From: a virus
Reading direction: 5' to 3' (one strand)
Virus record (IMG/VR): IMGVR_UViG_3300025849_000010
Location: 64,001 to 128,000 of that record
DNA: 64,000 bases
In this document: piece after piece, positions 1 through 11,076 of the stretch
How the letters are laid out: every line of letters begins with the position of its first letter
Numbering within the stretch: position 1 is the stretch's first letter
The notes under the pieces: generated by a model
Told to the model about the DNA's origin: nothing
The model's input: the letters and a program-made list of their open reading frames with translations, nothing else
Database searches by the model: none
Translations under genes and position numbers: made by a program

Positions 1-2304
1 AACGTGATCAGTAATTTCGCCTAGCGTAATTTGTGTAGGATCTTCGTTATTAGGATTGTTTTGCAAGTTCAATGGAAACTCGTAATACCCATTTTCATTT
101 TTGTTTGCAAGACTATGTGTTTTAATAATAACGCTTGAATTTTCGTTCAAGTCATTTGCAAAATGAACATATAATCTATTGTTCTGTGTTACTAATGTAA
201 AATGATTAGTAATTTTGTTGTTTACAAATACTTTAACATCTAAATCAGTTAATAGTGCAGCATCATTGTATACATCAATCTCAAAATCGTTTCTATTTAA
301 GTCAGCAATATAGTGTCTAATGACTTGCTGAACACTATGAGACGCCGCACGTTCCCACGCACTGTGATATCCAAAGTTGCCAAGTCTATTGTAAACTTTA
401 ATATAGCTGTCTTTTGCAATGATCGAATACTTTTTCTCATTTTTAATATAGTCATATGTGTCTGTTAGAATATTAGAGCTAAACAAAATATCACCAATAT
501 TACTAATACTCAAATACTTAATAGGAAATCCTAAAACTGTATCTGGAGCTCCGTTGCCGGTTTGATAAGAGAACACATAGTTCCCTTTGAAGCTAGTTGA
601 ACCATACTTTGTAGTGTCACTCAGTGATTCACCGTCAGCATCAAATAGATCAAATAACGGAAACTGGTTAGGTTCTGTTTTCTGCTGTGCTTCAGTCCAT
701 TTTGTTCCGTCAAACCAGAACTGCTTACCTTGATTTAATTTTCCGGATTTAACTACTAATGTGTCGCCTACTACATTGTTCTGTACATCTGGAATTAATG
801 TTATGATTCGTTCATTATTAAATCTAACAAAATTCACAGTAAACACTTTATCACGAATTAGTAAATCGTTATCAGCAGTAAAAATAACTCGCATGCCTTC
901 AATAAGATTAATGTTATCAACGTAATATCCTGTTGTTCCTTCAATCTCCGACATAATATCTGTTGTCACTGTGTCAACTAGATCAATATCTCCAACACGG
1001 TTCCAGCCATTATTAAACAACTGAATTCCTGGAATAAATTCGATAATCGGTCTACTTGCTCTTGCTGATTGATCTAATATCGGAGTGGTGCCAGAAATTT
1101 CATAACTAGTTTCAATAACAGATTTATGTATCCATCTGTTTGCACGGCTCCAATGGTTGCCGTCGTATGCTGCGCGGTTAATTGTAATATAGTCTTTATC
1201 TTTTTCTGAGTTTTGATCAAACGGATTAACGTCGAATCCAATATCATCAAACTGCAATTCTTCTAATGCTTGGCCGGGATATAAAGTTTCTAATTCTTGT
1301 TCACTTATTAGAATAATTTCTTTACCAACACCTTCAACATACCAGTTACCTTTAGAATACTTTTCAGGAGTAACATCGCCTAAGAAGTTTACTTTCATTC
1401 CGTTACTTAACTGATGTCCAGTCTTTAGCTGGTATTCTTTTTTGCCAACTAACTCTTTATCAATATCAATTTCAGTATTTTGATCAATTGACAGTACTTG
1501 AATAAGTCCAGACGAATCTAAATCATTTGTGTTTACATAATGTAAAATATCAGGAGTGTTTTGATCAATAGTAATTGTAACTGTACCTACTTCAGTACCA
1601 TTGTTATCAATTTTTTCGTTATATTCGAATCCTGTTTTTGTCTTTTTTGTTTTAATCCAAAAAGGATTATTTTTTTGATTTACTTCAAATTTATATGTTA
1701 GACCTCTATAAAGTTTAATAGTAGGATTTCTAGTAAGTCCGTCAGGATTGAATACAAACGCATTACTGTCGCCGTCGTTAACAATCTTAACAGTGTATGT
1801 ACTTGTAACACCTTTTTCTTGGCCTGCAATACTTATAGCAACAGGGCCCTGGCTTACCCAGTAATACTCTCTATAGTTTACTAACTTGTCCCAATCAACT
1901 CGAGGATCCCAAGAATAATATTCTTGAGAATTTAGTCTGTTATGATTAGTTGTGTTAGCGCCGAAAGCACGTAATTGGTTAATATAATCATTATAGTCTT
2001 TGTAGTATACTACATTATCATTGTTGTCTTTAACAATTAATGCAGGCTCTAATTGATAATTTTGACGATCGTCAGATATATCTGGAATATAGTTATCATC
2101 GGTGGAAAACGCCTTAGATGTTTTTCTACCTAGATATCCATTTATTTTTTCAATAACACCGTCTTGAATTAACGGGTCTAATGTAGCGGACAAAAACTTT
2201 TTATTAGTAGTAGACCTAAAATATTTAGGTAACAGATCTAACGATGTTTTTCTTTGTTCGTTGTTTTCGCCTGGAAGATTAATTTCTTCTTGATCTTTTG
2301 CCAT
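1..2304 (-). CDS. Large baseplate/virion structural protein (gp7-like position), N-terminal part only; runs off the window
   Basis: Not in ORF track because it lacks a stop in the window. ATG at 2304, 2 nt after the gp6-like stop, reads MAKDQEEINLPGENNEQRKTSLDLLPKYFRSTTNKKFLSATLDPLIQDG...; the LLPKYF start and position after gp6 are typical of baseplate wedge proteins. Confidence 0.65.
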   Translation of the reverse strand, partial: MAKDQEEINLPGENNEQRKTSLDLLPKYFRSTTNKKFLSATLDPLIQDGVIEKINGYLGRKTSKAFSTDDNYIPDISDDRQNYQLEPALIVKDNNDNVVYYKDYNDYINQLRAFGANTTNHNRLNSQEYYSWDPRVDWDKLVNYREYYWVSQGPVAISIAGQEKGVTSTYTVKIVNDGDSNAFVFNPDGLTRNPTIKLYRGLTYKFEVNQKNNPFWIKTKKTKTGFEYNEKIDNNGTEVGTVTITIDQNTPDILHYVNTNDLDSSGLIQVLSIDQNTEIDIDKELVGKKEYQLKTGHQLSNGMKVNFLGDVTPEKYSKGNWYVEGVGKEIILISEQELETLYPGQALEELQFDDIGFDVNPFDQNSEKDKDYITINRAAYDGNHWSRANRWIHKSVIETSYEISGTTPILDQSARASRPIIEFIPGIQLFNNGWNRVGDIDLVDTVTTDIMSEIEGTTGYYVDNINLIEGMRVIFTADNDLLIRDKVFTVNFVRFNNERIITLIPDVQNNVVGDTLVVKSGKLNQGKQFWFDGTKWTEAQQKTEPNQFPLFDLFDADGESLSDTTKYGSTSFKGNYVFSYQTGNGAPDTVLGFPIKYLSISNIGDILFSSNILTDTYDYIKNEKKYSIIAKDSYIKVYNRLGNFGYHSAWERAASHSVQQVIRHYIADLNRNDFEIDVYNDAALLTDLDVKVFVNNKITNHFTLVTQNNRLYVHFANDLNENSSVIIKTHSLANKNENGYYEFPLNLQNNPNNEDPTQITLGEITDHV

Positions 2305-2306
2305 TC

Positions 2307-5300
2307 TTAGCTATCTCCGTTAAATGCTGCTGATGTAATATTAGTTGCACCTGATGCTGCATATGTAATCTTACTACTTGCTTTTATTTTTTCTGCTGTA
2401 ATTTCGTCTATAATCTCGATAGTATCAACAGTTGCTCCGCTTTTAAATATTTCATTGTTTTCACTGTTAACTTGGAATAAGTTACCGAACACTCCTGCTG
2501 CATCCAATGGTACAATAACAACACTTACAATGTCAGGTGCAAGGTTGTATGTAATGTATGCACTTAGTTCGCTCCAATAAAATATATCGCCAAAGTCCCA
2601 GTTCTGTAAGTCAAAAAACTCATCGATAGCAACAACAATTCTAGTTTTAATATCGTTGTCGCTTACTACTGATTCTTCATTTTTAACAACCTTAATACTT
2701 GCTTGTAATGCTGATTCTGCTTTGCTGCCAAATAGCACTTTGTAATTTACCGGATGATAAACTATTTCGTCACTTATAGATTTAATGTTGTTCAACTGTT
2801 TTCCGTAATCAAACTGCATTTGATTAGAACTTGGTGGAAGCGGCTTAGTTTCACTTAAACCCTTTAACCAACGAGTAAATTCAACATCGTAATTTCTTGT
2901 TAATAAGTAGCAATCAATAATATTACTTGCACTCGGATCAATACGTTGGTTATAGTCTGCAACATGCACATAATGGAATTTAAGACCTTTGCGGCCAACA
3001 AATGCTCTATAATTATTAGTAATAGTCATACGTGCATTTATTGTATTAAGTGTTTTAAAAACATTAGTTTGTGTAAAGTAAAACAGTTGATTATTAGTAT
3101 AACTTGTAACCGTTTGCATTTCTAATTCGTTAGAAAGAATTATTATACCTTCAGCTGTTGGATCAATAAAACTCCACTCTTCAACTTTGTCGATATTACT
3201 GCGGCGTTTTTGTATAACAAATTTGTTTAACGGATTTGTTGCAGGTTTAACTAATTGTACAAATACGTCTGGATCGTCAACTACCCCATCGTCGTCGCTG
3301 TCAAAGAATGTTACTTCGATCTTTTTAGTATCAACATATCCTGTAGGTTCTTTGTATTCTGCAACTATTTCCAAGTCATGATTAATAGTAAACGGCATTG
3401 TTGCTTCTGGCAATGTATTAATGTTTAGCACACTAATTTTGTCTTTAATAACTTTACCTGTTTTACTATCGTAAACTTTATCACTACTATCAAAGAAGAA
3501 TCTAGTTTCTTCTTCGCTTTCGAATATATAACGGAGATTTCTATAGGTAACAGTGTACTTTGTTCCACTTGTTTCAAATAGTATTAACCAACTTGAATCA
3601 AGATTTTGATTGGACGAATCTCCTGCTTTACCTAAACTAAATGGATCTGCCGAATTTAAATTGTCACTTGTTATGATTTTCCAAGTAGCAGTTGTTACGT
3701 CATATCTTAAACCAAAAGTTCTATAAGCAAAAATAAGATCAATTGCTTTATTAGCAACATCAGTTATTAGGCCTTGAGATAACTTTGTAATAATCTTTTG
3801 AAGTATCGCACCAGTTGGAATCGTATCGTTAACTTGTATAGCACCCTGGCTGTTAATAATCCCAGTGCCGTTTGATGTACCATCGCCTTGTACATTAATA
3901 ATTTTTGTCCACTTGTATGTTGTTGCTCCAAACACATTTGCTGGATCACCTTGTACAAGGTCGTAATTATTATTACTATCAAAGTAGTAACCTTCAGGTG
4001 AAACAAATTTACACATTGCGCCTGGTTGGATAAATTTAAAGTTACCGCCGGTATATGCCGGACCTACCTTATACAAACTATTATCGTTAGTATTAATAAA
4101 GTATCCGGTTGACATATTTGTTTCATTAGTAACTTGTACAAACTCTGTGTTGTACGAGATCATGTCTGTTTGTGGAAAGTTTTTGTAAAAGTAGTTTCTC
4201 AATTTTTTACTTCTAATAATAGGAGTAATAGTATTGTAGATTATATCTTCAACTTCGGTTTTGTTAGTAAAGCTAAATTCTGTTTTTTCTAAAAACTCAT
4301 CTCTATAAATGATGCCATCGTTGCCGTAAATGTTAGTATTAGAATATTTTCCCGTTGCATCTTTAAGATCAAAGTATCTACTAAATCCACTTGAAACACG
4401 GTTAACTGATTTCACTTTAACAATATCTTGACTTACAGCTAGAGGAGCAATATTATAGTCTTCCCCAGTGATCATTCTGTTCTGTGTATAATAAAGTGCA
4501 GGAGCATTTACTTTGATATCTGCATTTGATTCAGACGTAGCTGCATTAGACACTGTAGTTGTAAGCTGTAGATTTAAACTTAATGTTTCAATCTTTCCTG
4601 AAGAACTAACATACGGAATGCTAATAGAAACATTTCTAATATTCTTTGGTGTAATACTGTATGCAGAGTTTTGCGAAACTCTGTAATACGCACGGAAGTT
4701 ACCTTTTGGTAAATTTCCAAATACGCCATCACTAAACACAAGATTTACTCTGTCTCCCAAACGTGTTTGCGGAAAGTAAATGTTTCTTAGGTTTTTGCTT
4801 AGTGAATTGTAAACAACATTGTTACCTTCAACTGCGTCAACTTTTGACCATAAGTTTTGCTCACTGCCATTTGAATCTAATTGATACAGCCACAAGTCAT
4901 CATGGTTGATATTTTCTACATCAAGAGCAACAACTTGGTTATTGCTAGGATTCTCTACTGCAAAGTCTGCATTTTGTAAAGAGCCTTGACGGAAGTGAAC
5001 AAAGTATCCAGTGTTTGCACTGCCTGGTCCTGAGCCGTCATCTCTATAAAGTACACTCATGTTGTTGCCTGGTAACGGATTTTCTTCTACAATCGAACCT
5101 TCTTCTAGTTTACAACTTGTAACTTCAAAGTTTAAATTTCTACCATCAACATTTTTATTAAAAGTAAAGATAGGAACTTTTCTATTGTTTGCATTTACTT
5201 TGTAAGTGCTAGTTTTAACATTACCCACTGTGCCTTGTTGAATAGGTGTACCGATTGGATTACGCTTTGTAAATCCAGCATTTAAGACTTTAGTAAACTG

Positions 5301-5762
5301 TTCGTTCCAGTCTGGATTAGAACTGTCGTTCCATTCAATAGTAACATTACTTAAATTAGTACCGTTGTTATCAAAGATGTTTTCTGTTGTTTGCACTGTT
5401 GACAACCTCAACAGACCATTTGATGCTTTATTTCTTTTAGGATTGTAAGAAAGCATTCTAGCAATTCGGAGAACTGATTCTCTACGATCTGCTAGTTCTA
5501 AAAAGTTATCTCTTGCGTTAAGGTCGATGCGGAAAGAAAGGTTTTGGCCCAAGAAAGCAATAAGGTCAATTAGTGCAAGATACTCACTCGATTCGATATA
5601 GTCATTAAAATCTTCCGCATAATTTTTACGGAGATAATTAATCATTGAACGTCTTAGATTGTCAAAGTCGTAACTTTTAAAATCTGCATTTTGGTAGCTT
5701 TGATAGATACGTTTCCAATCTTCTGCTACTAGTAATCTGTTTTGTCTGTTGGTTGTTGACAT
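2307..5762 (-). CDS. Baseplate wedge subunit, T4 gp6-like
   Basis: N-terminal YDFDNLRRSMINYL...FNDYIESS...LIDLIAF...FLELADRRESVLRIARMLSYNPKR and internal ESNADIK.NAP..Y.TQNRMIT.EDY match gp6/baseplate-J features. Confidence 0.88.
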   Translation of the reverse strand: MSTTNRQNRLLVAEDWKRIYQSYQNADFKSYDFDNLRRSMINYLRKNYAEDFNDYIESSEYLALIDLIAFLGQNLSFRIDLNARDNFLELADRRESVLRIARMLSYNPKRNKASNGLLRLSTVQTTENIFDNNGTNLSNVTIEWNDSSNPDWNEQFTKVLNAGFTKRNPIGTPIQQGTVGNVKTSTYKVNANNRKVPIFTFNKNVDGRNLNFEVTSCKLEEGSIVEENPLPGNNMSVLYRDDGSGPGSANTGYFVHFRQGSLQNADFAVENPSNNQVVALDVENINHDDLWLYQLDSNGSEQNLWSKVDAVEGNNVVYNSLSKNLRNIYFPQTRLGDRVNLVFSDGVFGNLPKGNFRAYYRVSQNSAYSITPKNIRNVSISIPYVSSSGKIETLSLNLQLTTTVSNAATSESNADIKVNAPALYYTQNRMITGEDYNIAPLAVSQDIVKVKSVNRVSSGFSRYFDLKDATGKYSNTNIYGNDGIIYRDEFLEKTEFSFTNKTEVEDIIYNTITPIIRSKKLRNYFYKNFPQTDMISYNTEFVQVTNETNMSTGYFINTNDNSLYKVGPAYTGGNFKFIQPGAMCKFVSPEGYYFDSNNNYDLVQGDPANVFGATTYKWTKIINVQGDGTSNGTGIINSQGAIQVNDTIPTGAILQKIITKLSQGLITDVANKAIDLIFAYRTFGLRYDVTTATWKIITSDNLNSADPFSLGKAGDSSNQNLDSSWLILFETSGTKYTVTYRNLRYIFESEEETRFFFDSSDKVYDSKTGKVIKDKISVLNINTLPEATMPFTINHDLEIVAEYKEPTGYVDTKKIEVTFFDSDDDGVVDDPDVFVQLVKPATNPLNKFVIQKRRSNIDKVEEWSFIDPTAEGIIILSNELEMQTVTSYTNNQLFYFTQTNVFKTLNTINARMTITNNYRAFVGRKGLKFHYVHVADYNQRIDPSASNIIDCYLLTRNYDVEFTRWLKGLSETKPLPPSSNQMQFDYGKQLNNIKSISDEIVYHPVNYKVLFGSKAESALQASIKVVKNEESVVSDNDIKTRIVVAIDEFFDLQNWDFGDIFYWSELSAYITYNLAPDIVSVVIVPLDAAGVFGNLFQVNSENNEIFKSGATVDTIEIIDEITAEKIKASSKITYAASGATNITSAAFNGDS

Positions 5763-5792
5763 GTGCTTCTCTTACCTTAACTTAGTATAATG

Positions 5793-5798
5793 TATTTA
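5793..5798 (-). promoter_or_regulatory. Putative gp55-dependent late promoter (TAAATA)
   Basis: TAAATA on minus strand in the intergenic gap upstream of gp6; the same hexamer precedes most structural genes; T4 late promoter is TATAAATA. Confidence 0.6.
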
Positions 5799-5820
5799 TT
5801 TGATTGAGATATCTGCGTAC

Positions 5821-6261
5821 TTAATCTAGTAAGCCGTTAGATTCGTCAAACTTTAACACCAGCTGTTCAGATATATTGTAAGGTAAGTATGTTAATTCAC
5901 ATTCAATTATTATGCCAGATTCGTACTCGTCTATAAAAATATTCTCAGCTTGTATTCTCGGGTCGTAATTAATAATTTCTGTTACATTAGTAGCAATTGC
6001 TTCTTTTAACTCGTCAGTGAGCGGTTCAAATAAAAGGTCCCAGATTATTGTTCCAAAGTTTGGATTTTCTAATTTTTCACCCTGACGTATATGCAAATGG
6101 TTTACTAGATCTTGCTTAATAAGTTCAAGATCGTATACTACTGCATCACTAATTGTTCTTCCGACACTAGACACTCCTCTATAAGCCCTACTAGTAATAG
6201 GAGCTTGGGGTCTCTTTGGTGTGTTTACAACAACCTCTTTATATATTCTCTGATCTGCCAT
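5821..6261 (-). CDS. Baseplate wedge subunit gp25-like (GPW/gp25 family)
   Basis: DLELIKQDLVNHLHIRQGEKLENPNFGTIIWDLLFEP...INYDPRI is the gp25 signature. Confidence 0.9.
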   Translation of the reverse strand: MADQRIYKEVVVNTPKRPQAPITSRAYRGVSSVGRTISDAVVYDLELIKQDLVNHLHIRQGEKLENPNFGTIIWDLLFEPLTDELKEAIATNVTEIINYDPRIQAENIFIDEYESGIIIECELTYLPYNISEQLVLKFDESNGLLD

Positions 6262-6265
6262 AACG

Positions 6266-6271
6266 TATTTA
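6266..6271 (-). promoter_or_regulatory. Putative late promoter TAAATA, 4 nt before the gp25 ATG
   Basis: Minus strand reads gcTAAATAcgttATG. Confidence 0.55.
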
Positions 6272-6278
6272 GCCCTCT

Positions 6279-6590
6279 TTATTCACCGTCTGCATACACC
6301 GTGGTTTGTGTAACTTCTTTTACATATGCAGTACAATCGTAGGTGTCAGCTAGGCGTGCAACTGCTAAATTATTTGCAAATACTGTTGGACTAGCATTAT
6401 TAATAAGTGTACTGTATACCGGCGGACAGTGTGTATGAGGAGTGTTTGTATCAGTTAGTCTGTGAATAGGCTCTTCGCATACAAAAACATTGTCGCTTCC
6501 ACTTAACGTAGCAATATCAGCAGGCACAACGCAGACTGCGTGTCCTGTGTTTACTACATCTACTCCGTTTCCTCGTGCTACTAATGGCAT
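6279..6590 (-). CDS. PAAR-like spike tip protein (gp5.4-like)
   Basis: MPLVAR.., GSDNVFV..EPIHRLTD, ASPTVFANNLAVARLAD repeats with His/Cys metal ligands; follows the spike gene. Confidence 0.85.
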   Translation of the reverse strand: MPLVARGNGVDVVNTGHAVCVVPADIATLSGSDNVFVCEEPIHRLTDTNTPHTHCPPVYSTLINNASPTVFANNLAVARLADTYDCTAYVKEVTQTTVYADGE

Positions 6591-6596
6591 ATTGTT

Positions 6597-8117
6597 TTAC
6601 CTCTTAAATGTATCTGATATCGTTGGGAACGCTGGTGGCTCTTCTGGGAATCTAGTTTCGTCAAGATTTGCGATTTCGCTTTCTCGAGTTGTTCCTTCAA
6701 TTTCGCTAGTTTCTTCACCTTCACCTACTGATGCTACTGTTGCATCAGGAGTTGCTGCTTCTGGATCTAGATGTTCATGACCGAACCACGGTTCGTGTAA
6801 CGGAACACGCACGGGTTTGTTTGCAGATCCTGCTTGTGCTGCTGTTGCTGCTACTGGTCCATTCATATGAATTGGATCTGCTGTTTCGTAATGTCCTGAG
6901 CTATTAATATTTGTTGTGCCGCCAGCTGTAATCATAGTGTCGCCGGCACTATAAGTGTTTACTGTACCCTGTGCTGTAAGTAATCCATTGCCTTCTGCTC
7001 TTACACTCCAGTTAGCACCTGCTTGACTCGAAATATTATTTCCTGCACTAATATTAACATCATTTCCTGCTTCAATATTAACATCTCGTCCTGCTTTAAA
7101 GTTAAAGTCATTTTCTGTATGGATGCTAACGCTGTCTTGTGCATAGATATCAATCTTACCGTTACTGGTCATTTCAATCCAACTAGTGCCTCTAGCATTG
7201 CCAATATAGATTAAGTCTTCTGAGTTGTGAAGCAATATCTGATGACCTGTTCTGGTGCGAATTCTAAATAATTCATTATGAGGAATATTAGTCTTGTTAT
7301 CTGGTGCATATTCCGGAGGGCCTTCGCCTGCAGGAGTTTTTCTAACAAGAGTTTCATCGCCGTCATCCATTACTAAACTAGATCCGCCCAGTCTAGATGT
7401 ATGACGTTGAATATTATCGTCTTTAGTTCCATACGGTCCCTTAGGTCCAGTTTTATCTAACGGTCCAGGGCTACTAAATCCAAATACCATACTAGGCATA
7501 TCTCGTCTTGCACTCGAAGTTGTTGTTCCTCTAACCCAGTCTTCTATTAATCCTTGCTCTTGTAAAAATGCAGCTTGATGCGGGTGATACGGACGCTTAG
7601 TTTTAGTAGGATCACTATTAGGTTTATTATCTTCTAGTAATGTATTAATTTCACCCGAAGGCAATCTAAACCCTGTTATGTCGCCCGGTTCATCATCTTT
7701 CCAGCGTGTGTCTGTTGCCGGTGCAACACCAGGAACTTGCATATTGATAAAGTCATCTTGAATACAACCTATCCAAAAACATTCTTTAGTTGTTCCTTCT
7801 ACAAATACAACTAACACTTCTGTACCTGGATCTGGTGGAACCATAAAAAATCCGTAACTGTTTTGAGTACTAGCATAATCTTTATTTTTCTTAAGATGAC
7901 GCTTTCCTGTTGTTCCGTAGAACGGACTTAGATATTTTGCATTATACATAGTGCTACCTTCGCCCACAGCATCGCCTGATGCTGTTTCTTTTTTCAGCTG
8001 CACTACTATAGTGCCCATATAGGTACTATCAAGCGTTTTTACAACAGTTGCTCGATATGGTCCCGGATCTTTTGGTGCTACTGATTGTGCTGCTGGTGTT
8101 CTAGACTCTTGTGGCAT
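6597..8117 (-). CDS. Baseplate central spike, gp5/VgrG-like (OB fold plus beta-helix, no lysozyme domain recognised)
   Basis: GFFMVPPDPGTEVLVVF...FWIGC OB-fold motif; RTRTGHQILLHNSE..IYI and short beta repeats (AGRDVNIEAGNDVNISAG); followed by PAAR and gp25. Confidence 0.8.
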   Translation of the reverse strand: MPQESRTPAAQSVAPKDPGPYRATVVKTLDSTYMGTIVVQLKKETASGDAVGEGSTMYNAKYLSPFYGTTGKRHLKKNKDYASTQNSYGFFMVPPDPGTEVLVVFVEGTTKECFWIGCIQDDFINMQVPGVAPATDTRWKDDEPGDITGFRLPSGEINTLLEDNKPNSDPTKTKRPYHPHQAAFLQEQGLIEDWVRGTTTSSARRDMPSMVFGFSSPGPLDKTGPKGPYGTKDDNIQRHTSRLGGSSLVMDDGDETLVRKTPAGEGPPEYAPDNKTNIPHNELFRIRTRTGHQILLHNSEDLIYIGNARGTSWIEMTSNGKIDIYAQDSVSIHTENDFNFKAGRDVNIEAGNDVNISAGNNISSQAGANWSVRAEGNGLLTAQGTVNTYSAGDTMITAGGTTNINSSGHYETADPIHMNGPVAATAAQAGSANKPVRVPLHEPWFGHEHLDPEAATPDATVASVGEGEETSEIEGTTRESEIANLDETRFPEEPPAFPTISDTFKR

Positions 8118-8129
8118 TCTGCTATTCCT

Positions 8130-10766
8130 TTATGTGGCATCTACTGGCGGTACTACATCAGTATTCGGACGTGGATCTTTAGATGTTATTAATCCGCCTC
8201 CGCTAGAACCAGCTGATACAGTCGGCGACGATAAATCAGATTGATTTCTTCGTCGAGTTAATGACAATCGTTGTTTAAATTCACCTTGATTAAATTCGTT
8301 AGTAACTGCGGTAACCATATAAAGTCCACTAAATGGAGACACTGGAACTGAATCACTTAACATTTCTATATATCCGCCTTGGCCACCATAGTCCAACGGT
8401 GTCCTAAAGTTTACTACAATGTCTATTTCATGTCTTTGATGATCCATAGTGCCATCTGCTGTTGCAGTAGTAGTCGGACCAAGATCAGCAGTATAATTTC
8501 CAAAGCCAGTATCTGACATAAAATACGGATCGCCTAAGATTGTCATATCCAACGTAACCATATCTGCTTGGCTATCTAATATTGCTTGATGGAACATTCT
8601 AGCATTTCTTATAGGGGCAGTTTCTTGACCAGCACCTACTGGCGCTACTGCACCGTTATATGTCGGACTAGTTTTTATTTCACTTGCGCCTTCTGCAGGA
8701 GTTTCGCCGCCGGCTGGGCTAACTGTGTTTCCGTCTTTATCTTCAACAGTTGTTTGTCCTGCATTTGCGTTTGCTCGGTTACCAAAGTCTGCTTGAAGCA
8801 CAGTATGGAATGCCATTTCAAACTCAATATTAAAATCTATAATATCTATGTTTTTGCCTGTGTAAATATAATTGTATACCTTAGTTACATTAGGAGCAAT
8901 GGATCCGTATCCTTTAGGTTGCTGCGTAGGCGCCATAAATTTACTAGAATGTACTTTAGTAGGAATAACTCTATAAACATACACTTTGCTTTCGCCGCCT
9001 TTTGCAGTATCAGATGCTTTACCTACTAGATATACTTGCGGATCAATTGTAAACCAATCAACCATTCCTTGATCGTCTACTCTTTCAGCAAATTCTTGTC
9101 CATACTTTGAAGATAAAATAACTTCTTCAATGATCTTTGTAATTTTAACGCCAGCTGGAAACGAAAACTCTCGTCTGTTTGCTGAAATAGTAGTGTTTCC
9201 ACGTTTGAATACATTGTTGTCTTTATCCCACGCTTCTGCAATTCCAGCTGGAGCCTGCGGAACATTTCCTCCACTAGTTTGATCAAATCCCATCAAGCTA
9301 GATCCAATGTCGTTTAAGCTAGCTTCGCCTTGCACTAAACTGTTAGTTTCACCTTCACGTGATGCTTGGACGCCGCCAATTTGGAACCCGTCAGCTGTTG
9401 CTTGTGCAGCCGATACTGCTGCTTCACCTTCAGAAGCACGTTCTTTAGCGGCTCCTAATGATTTTGGAGACGGTAATCCAGGTATTCTACTAAATGCATT
9501 TGAAAGTACTGAGCCAATTTCACCCGGAAGTGCTGCTAGATTATTAATAGTATCAATTGCTTGGCTAGCTATTTGATTAGCATTGTTTAGGTCTTGTTGT
9601 AAATTTTGCAGAGCAGGTGCGTTGACTCCCCATTGAGATAACGCACTAGATACTTCTCCAACTGCACCTTGTGTTACTGATGCTGCTTGGTTTATTGTTC
9701 CTAATAAAGTAGTTGCAGATTCAGCTGCTGATGATAATTTATCTAAGCCTCCTGTAACTGCACCTAGTCCCATTCCTGCGCCGCCAGCGCTATCTTTTGG
9801 AAATACTATGAATATTTCTTCAACTGGAGTTGATGGGTTGTCTTTAACCCTTGCTGCATATGCTTTGTTTATTACTGCGGTAAGACTATTGTCACCTTTT
9901 TGTAACATTTCTTGAACCGATCCAGTTCCTTCTTCAGGTCCTGATATAGTAATTGCACCTTGCGATTTGTTTACTTGGTCTGATGTTGCTTGCTCATTGT
10001 AAGGATATGCTCTGACAGCATACACGGTCCCTGCTTCGCTAACTCGCATCTTGGCTTCGTACAGTCTAATAGGTATAAATCTTTTTGCATCTGGAATATT
10101 CACTGTTTGGTCTTGGTCTGTATGTCCTACAAACTCAACAGTTAACAAGAACGGTGCCATTAAGTAGTTAGAATATCCACATGCTAGTGCTGCACTTTGT
10201 AAACTTTGTAAAAATAAACCCATTGATAGCGGTTCAGTTACTTCAAATGATATACCGTGTGCATTTGTAGTTCCTGTTAACGCTGTATTTGCCATGTGCG
10301 CTGCTATTTCAACGTTATCAATAAAGTATTCAACTTTGCCGTTTGATTCCCAGGAAGTAGTTGCTTTAGGGTTTGCTCCGCCGCCGCTTCTTAATATAAC
10401 TTGCCTAGCGCCATTAAACCTATATGTAGCATTGTTATACGAGTCACGTGTTAAGCAGCTAAGTTCAAAAATACAATTAAAACTTCTAAACTGATTTAAT
10501 ATGTTTGGCTTTGCCCCGGAAAAAACATTTCCAGTTGATAAAAAATTATTTAACGAACTGCCTTTAAACAGTTCTCCATTGAGTAATGATTTTGCATCAG
10601 AAACAATTGCTTTAGAAGCTGAAGCAATATTATTTCCTAGTTGTTTAATGTCGTCTACTACTTGGACTGCTTCATTCCAAGTTTGTTGAGCTTCTTCAAT
10701 TCTCTGGACGCCACTTTCTACTCGATTTATTCCCTCGAGTAATTTATCAACTGTAGGTCTTGCCAT
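8130..10766 (-). CDS. Baseplate hub protein (gp27-like position)
   Basis: C-terminal LDMTILGDPY...FSGLYMVTAVTNEFNQGEFKQRLSL typical of hub proteins; lies between gp53-like and gp5-like genes. Confidence 0.6.
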   Translation of the reverse strand: MARPTVDKLLEGINRVESGVQRIEEAQQTWNEAVQVVDDIKQLGNNIASASKAIVSDAKSLLNGELFKGSSLNNFLSTGNVFSGAKPNILNQFRSFNCIFELSCLTRDSYNNATYRFNGARQVILRSGGGANPKATTSWESNGKVEYFIDNVEIAAHMANTALTGTTNAHGISFEVTEPLSMGLFLQSLQSAALACGYSNYLMAPFLLTVEFVGHTDQDQTVNIPDAKRFIPIRLYEAKMRVSEAGTVYAVRAYPYNEQATSDQVNKSQGAITISGPEEGTGSVQEMLQKGDNSLTAVINKAYAARVKDNPSTPVEEIFIVFPKDSAGGAGMGLGAVTGGLDKLSSAAESATTLLGTINQAASVTQGAVGEVSSALSQWGVNAPALQNLQQDLNNANQIASQAIDTINNLAALPGEIGSVLSNAFSRIPGLPSPKSLGAAKERASEGEAAVSAAQATADGFQIGGVQASREGETNSLVQGEASLNDIGSSLMGFDQTSGGNVPQAPAGIAEAWDKDNNVFKRGNTTISANRREFSFPAGVKITKIIEEVILSSKYGQEFAERVDDQGMVDWFTIDPQVYLVGKASDTAKGGESKVYVYRVIPTKVHSSKFMAPTQQPKGYGSIAPNVTKVYNYIYTGKNIDIIDFNIEFEMAFHTVLQADFGNRANANAGQTTVEDKDGNTVSPAGGETPAEGASEIKTSPTYNGAVAPVGAGQETAPIRNARMFHQAILDSQADMVTLDMTILGDPYFMSDTGFGNYTADLGPTTTATADGTMDHQRHEIDIVVNFRTPLDYGGQGGYIEMLSDSVPVSPFSGLYMVTAVTNEFNQGEFKQRLSLTRRRNQSDLSSPTVSAGSSGGGLITSKDPRPNTDVVPPVDAT

Positions 10767-10767
10767 A

Positions 10768-11076
10768 TTAAACTCCTAGTGCTCTTAGTAAGTTATCTTT
10801 TTTTGGCAAAAATATTCGAACACCTGGCTTAAAATCAAAAATAGGATCTTGTAATACGTCCATATTTCTCTGTGCAAAAACCCACCACAGTTTAGGAGTA
10901 CCGTAAATGTCAAACGATAGTAAATCTGGTCTATATATGTACTGTGGTTCTAGTTCATAGAGTATATCATCTGATTCAGACGGAATTGTTCTAATTTCAA
11001 AGTAGCTTAAATTACCCGACCCTGAAAATTTTGTATTTGACCAAGGACTTGATTTTGAATATTGTGCTGATGCCAT
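10768..11076 (-). CDS. Baseplate wedge gp53-like (LysM-type)
   Basis: YRPDLLSFDIYGTPKLWWVFAQRN motif. Confidence 0.8.
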   Translation of the reverse strand: MASAQYSKSSPWSNTKFSGSGNLSYFEIRTIPSESDDILYELEPQYIYRPDLLSFDIYGTPKLWWVFAQRNMDVLQDPIFDFKPGVRIFLPKKDNLLRALGV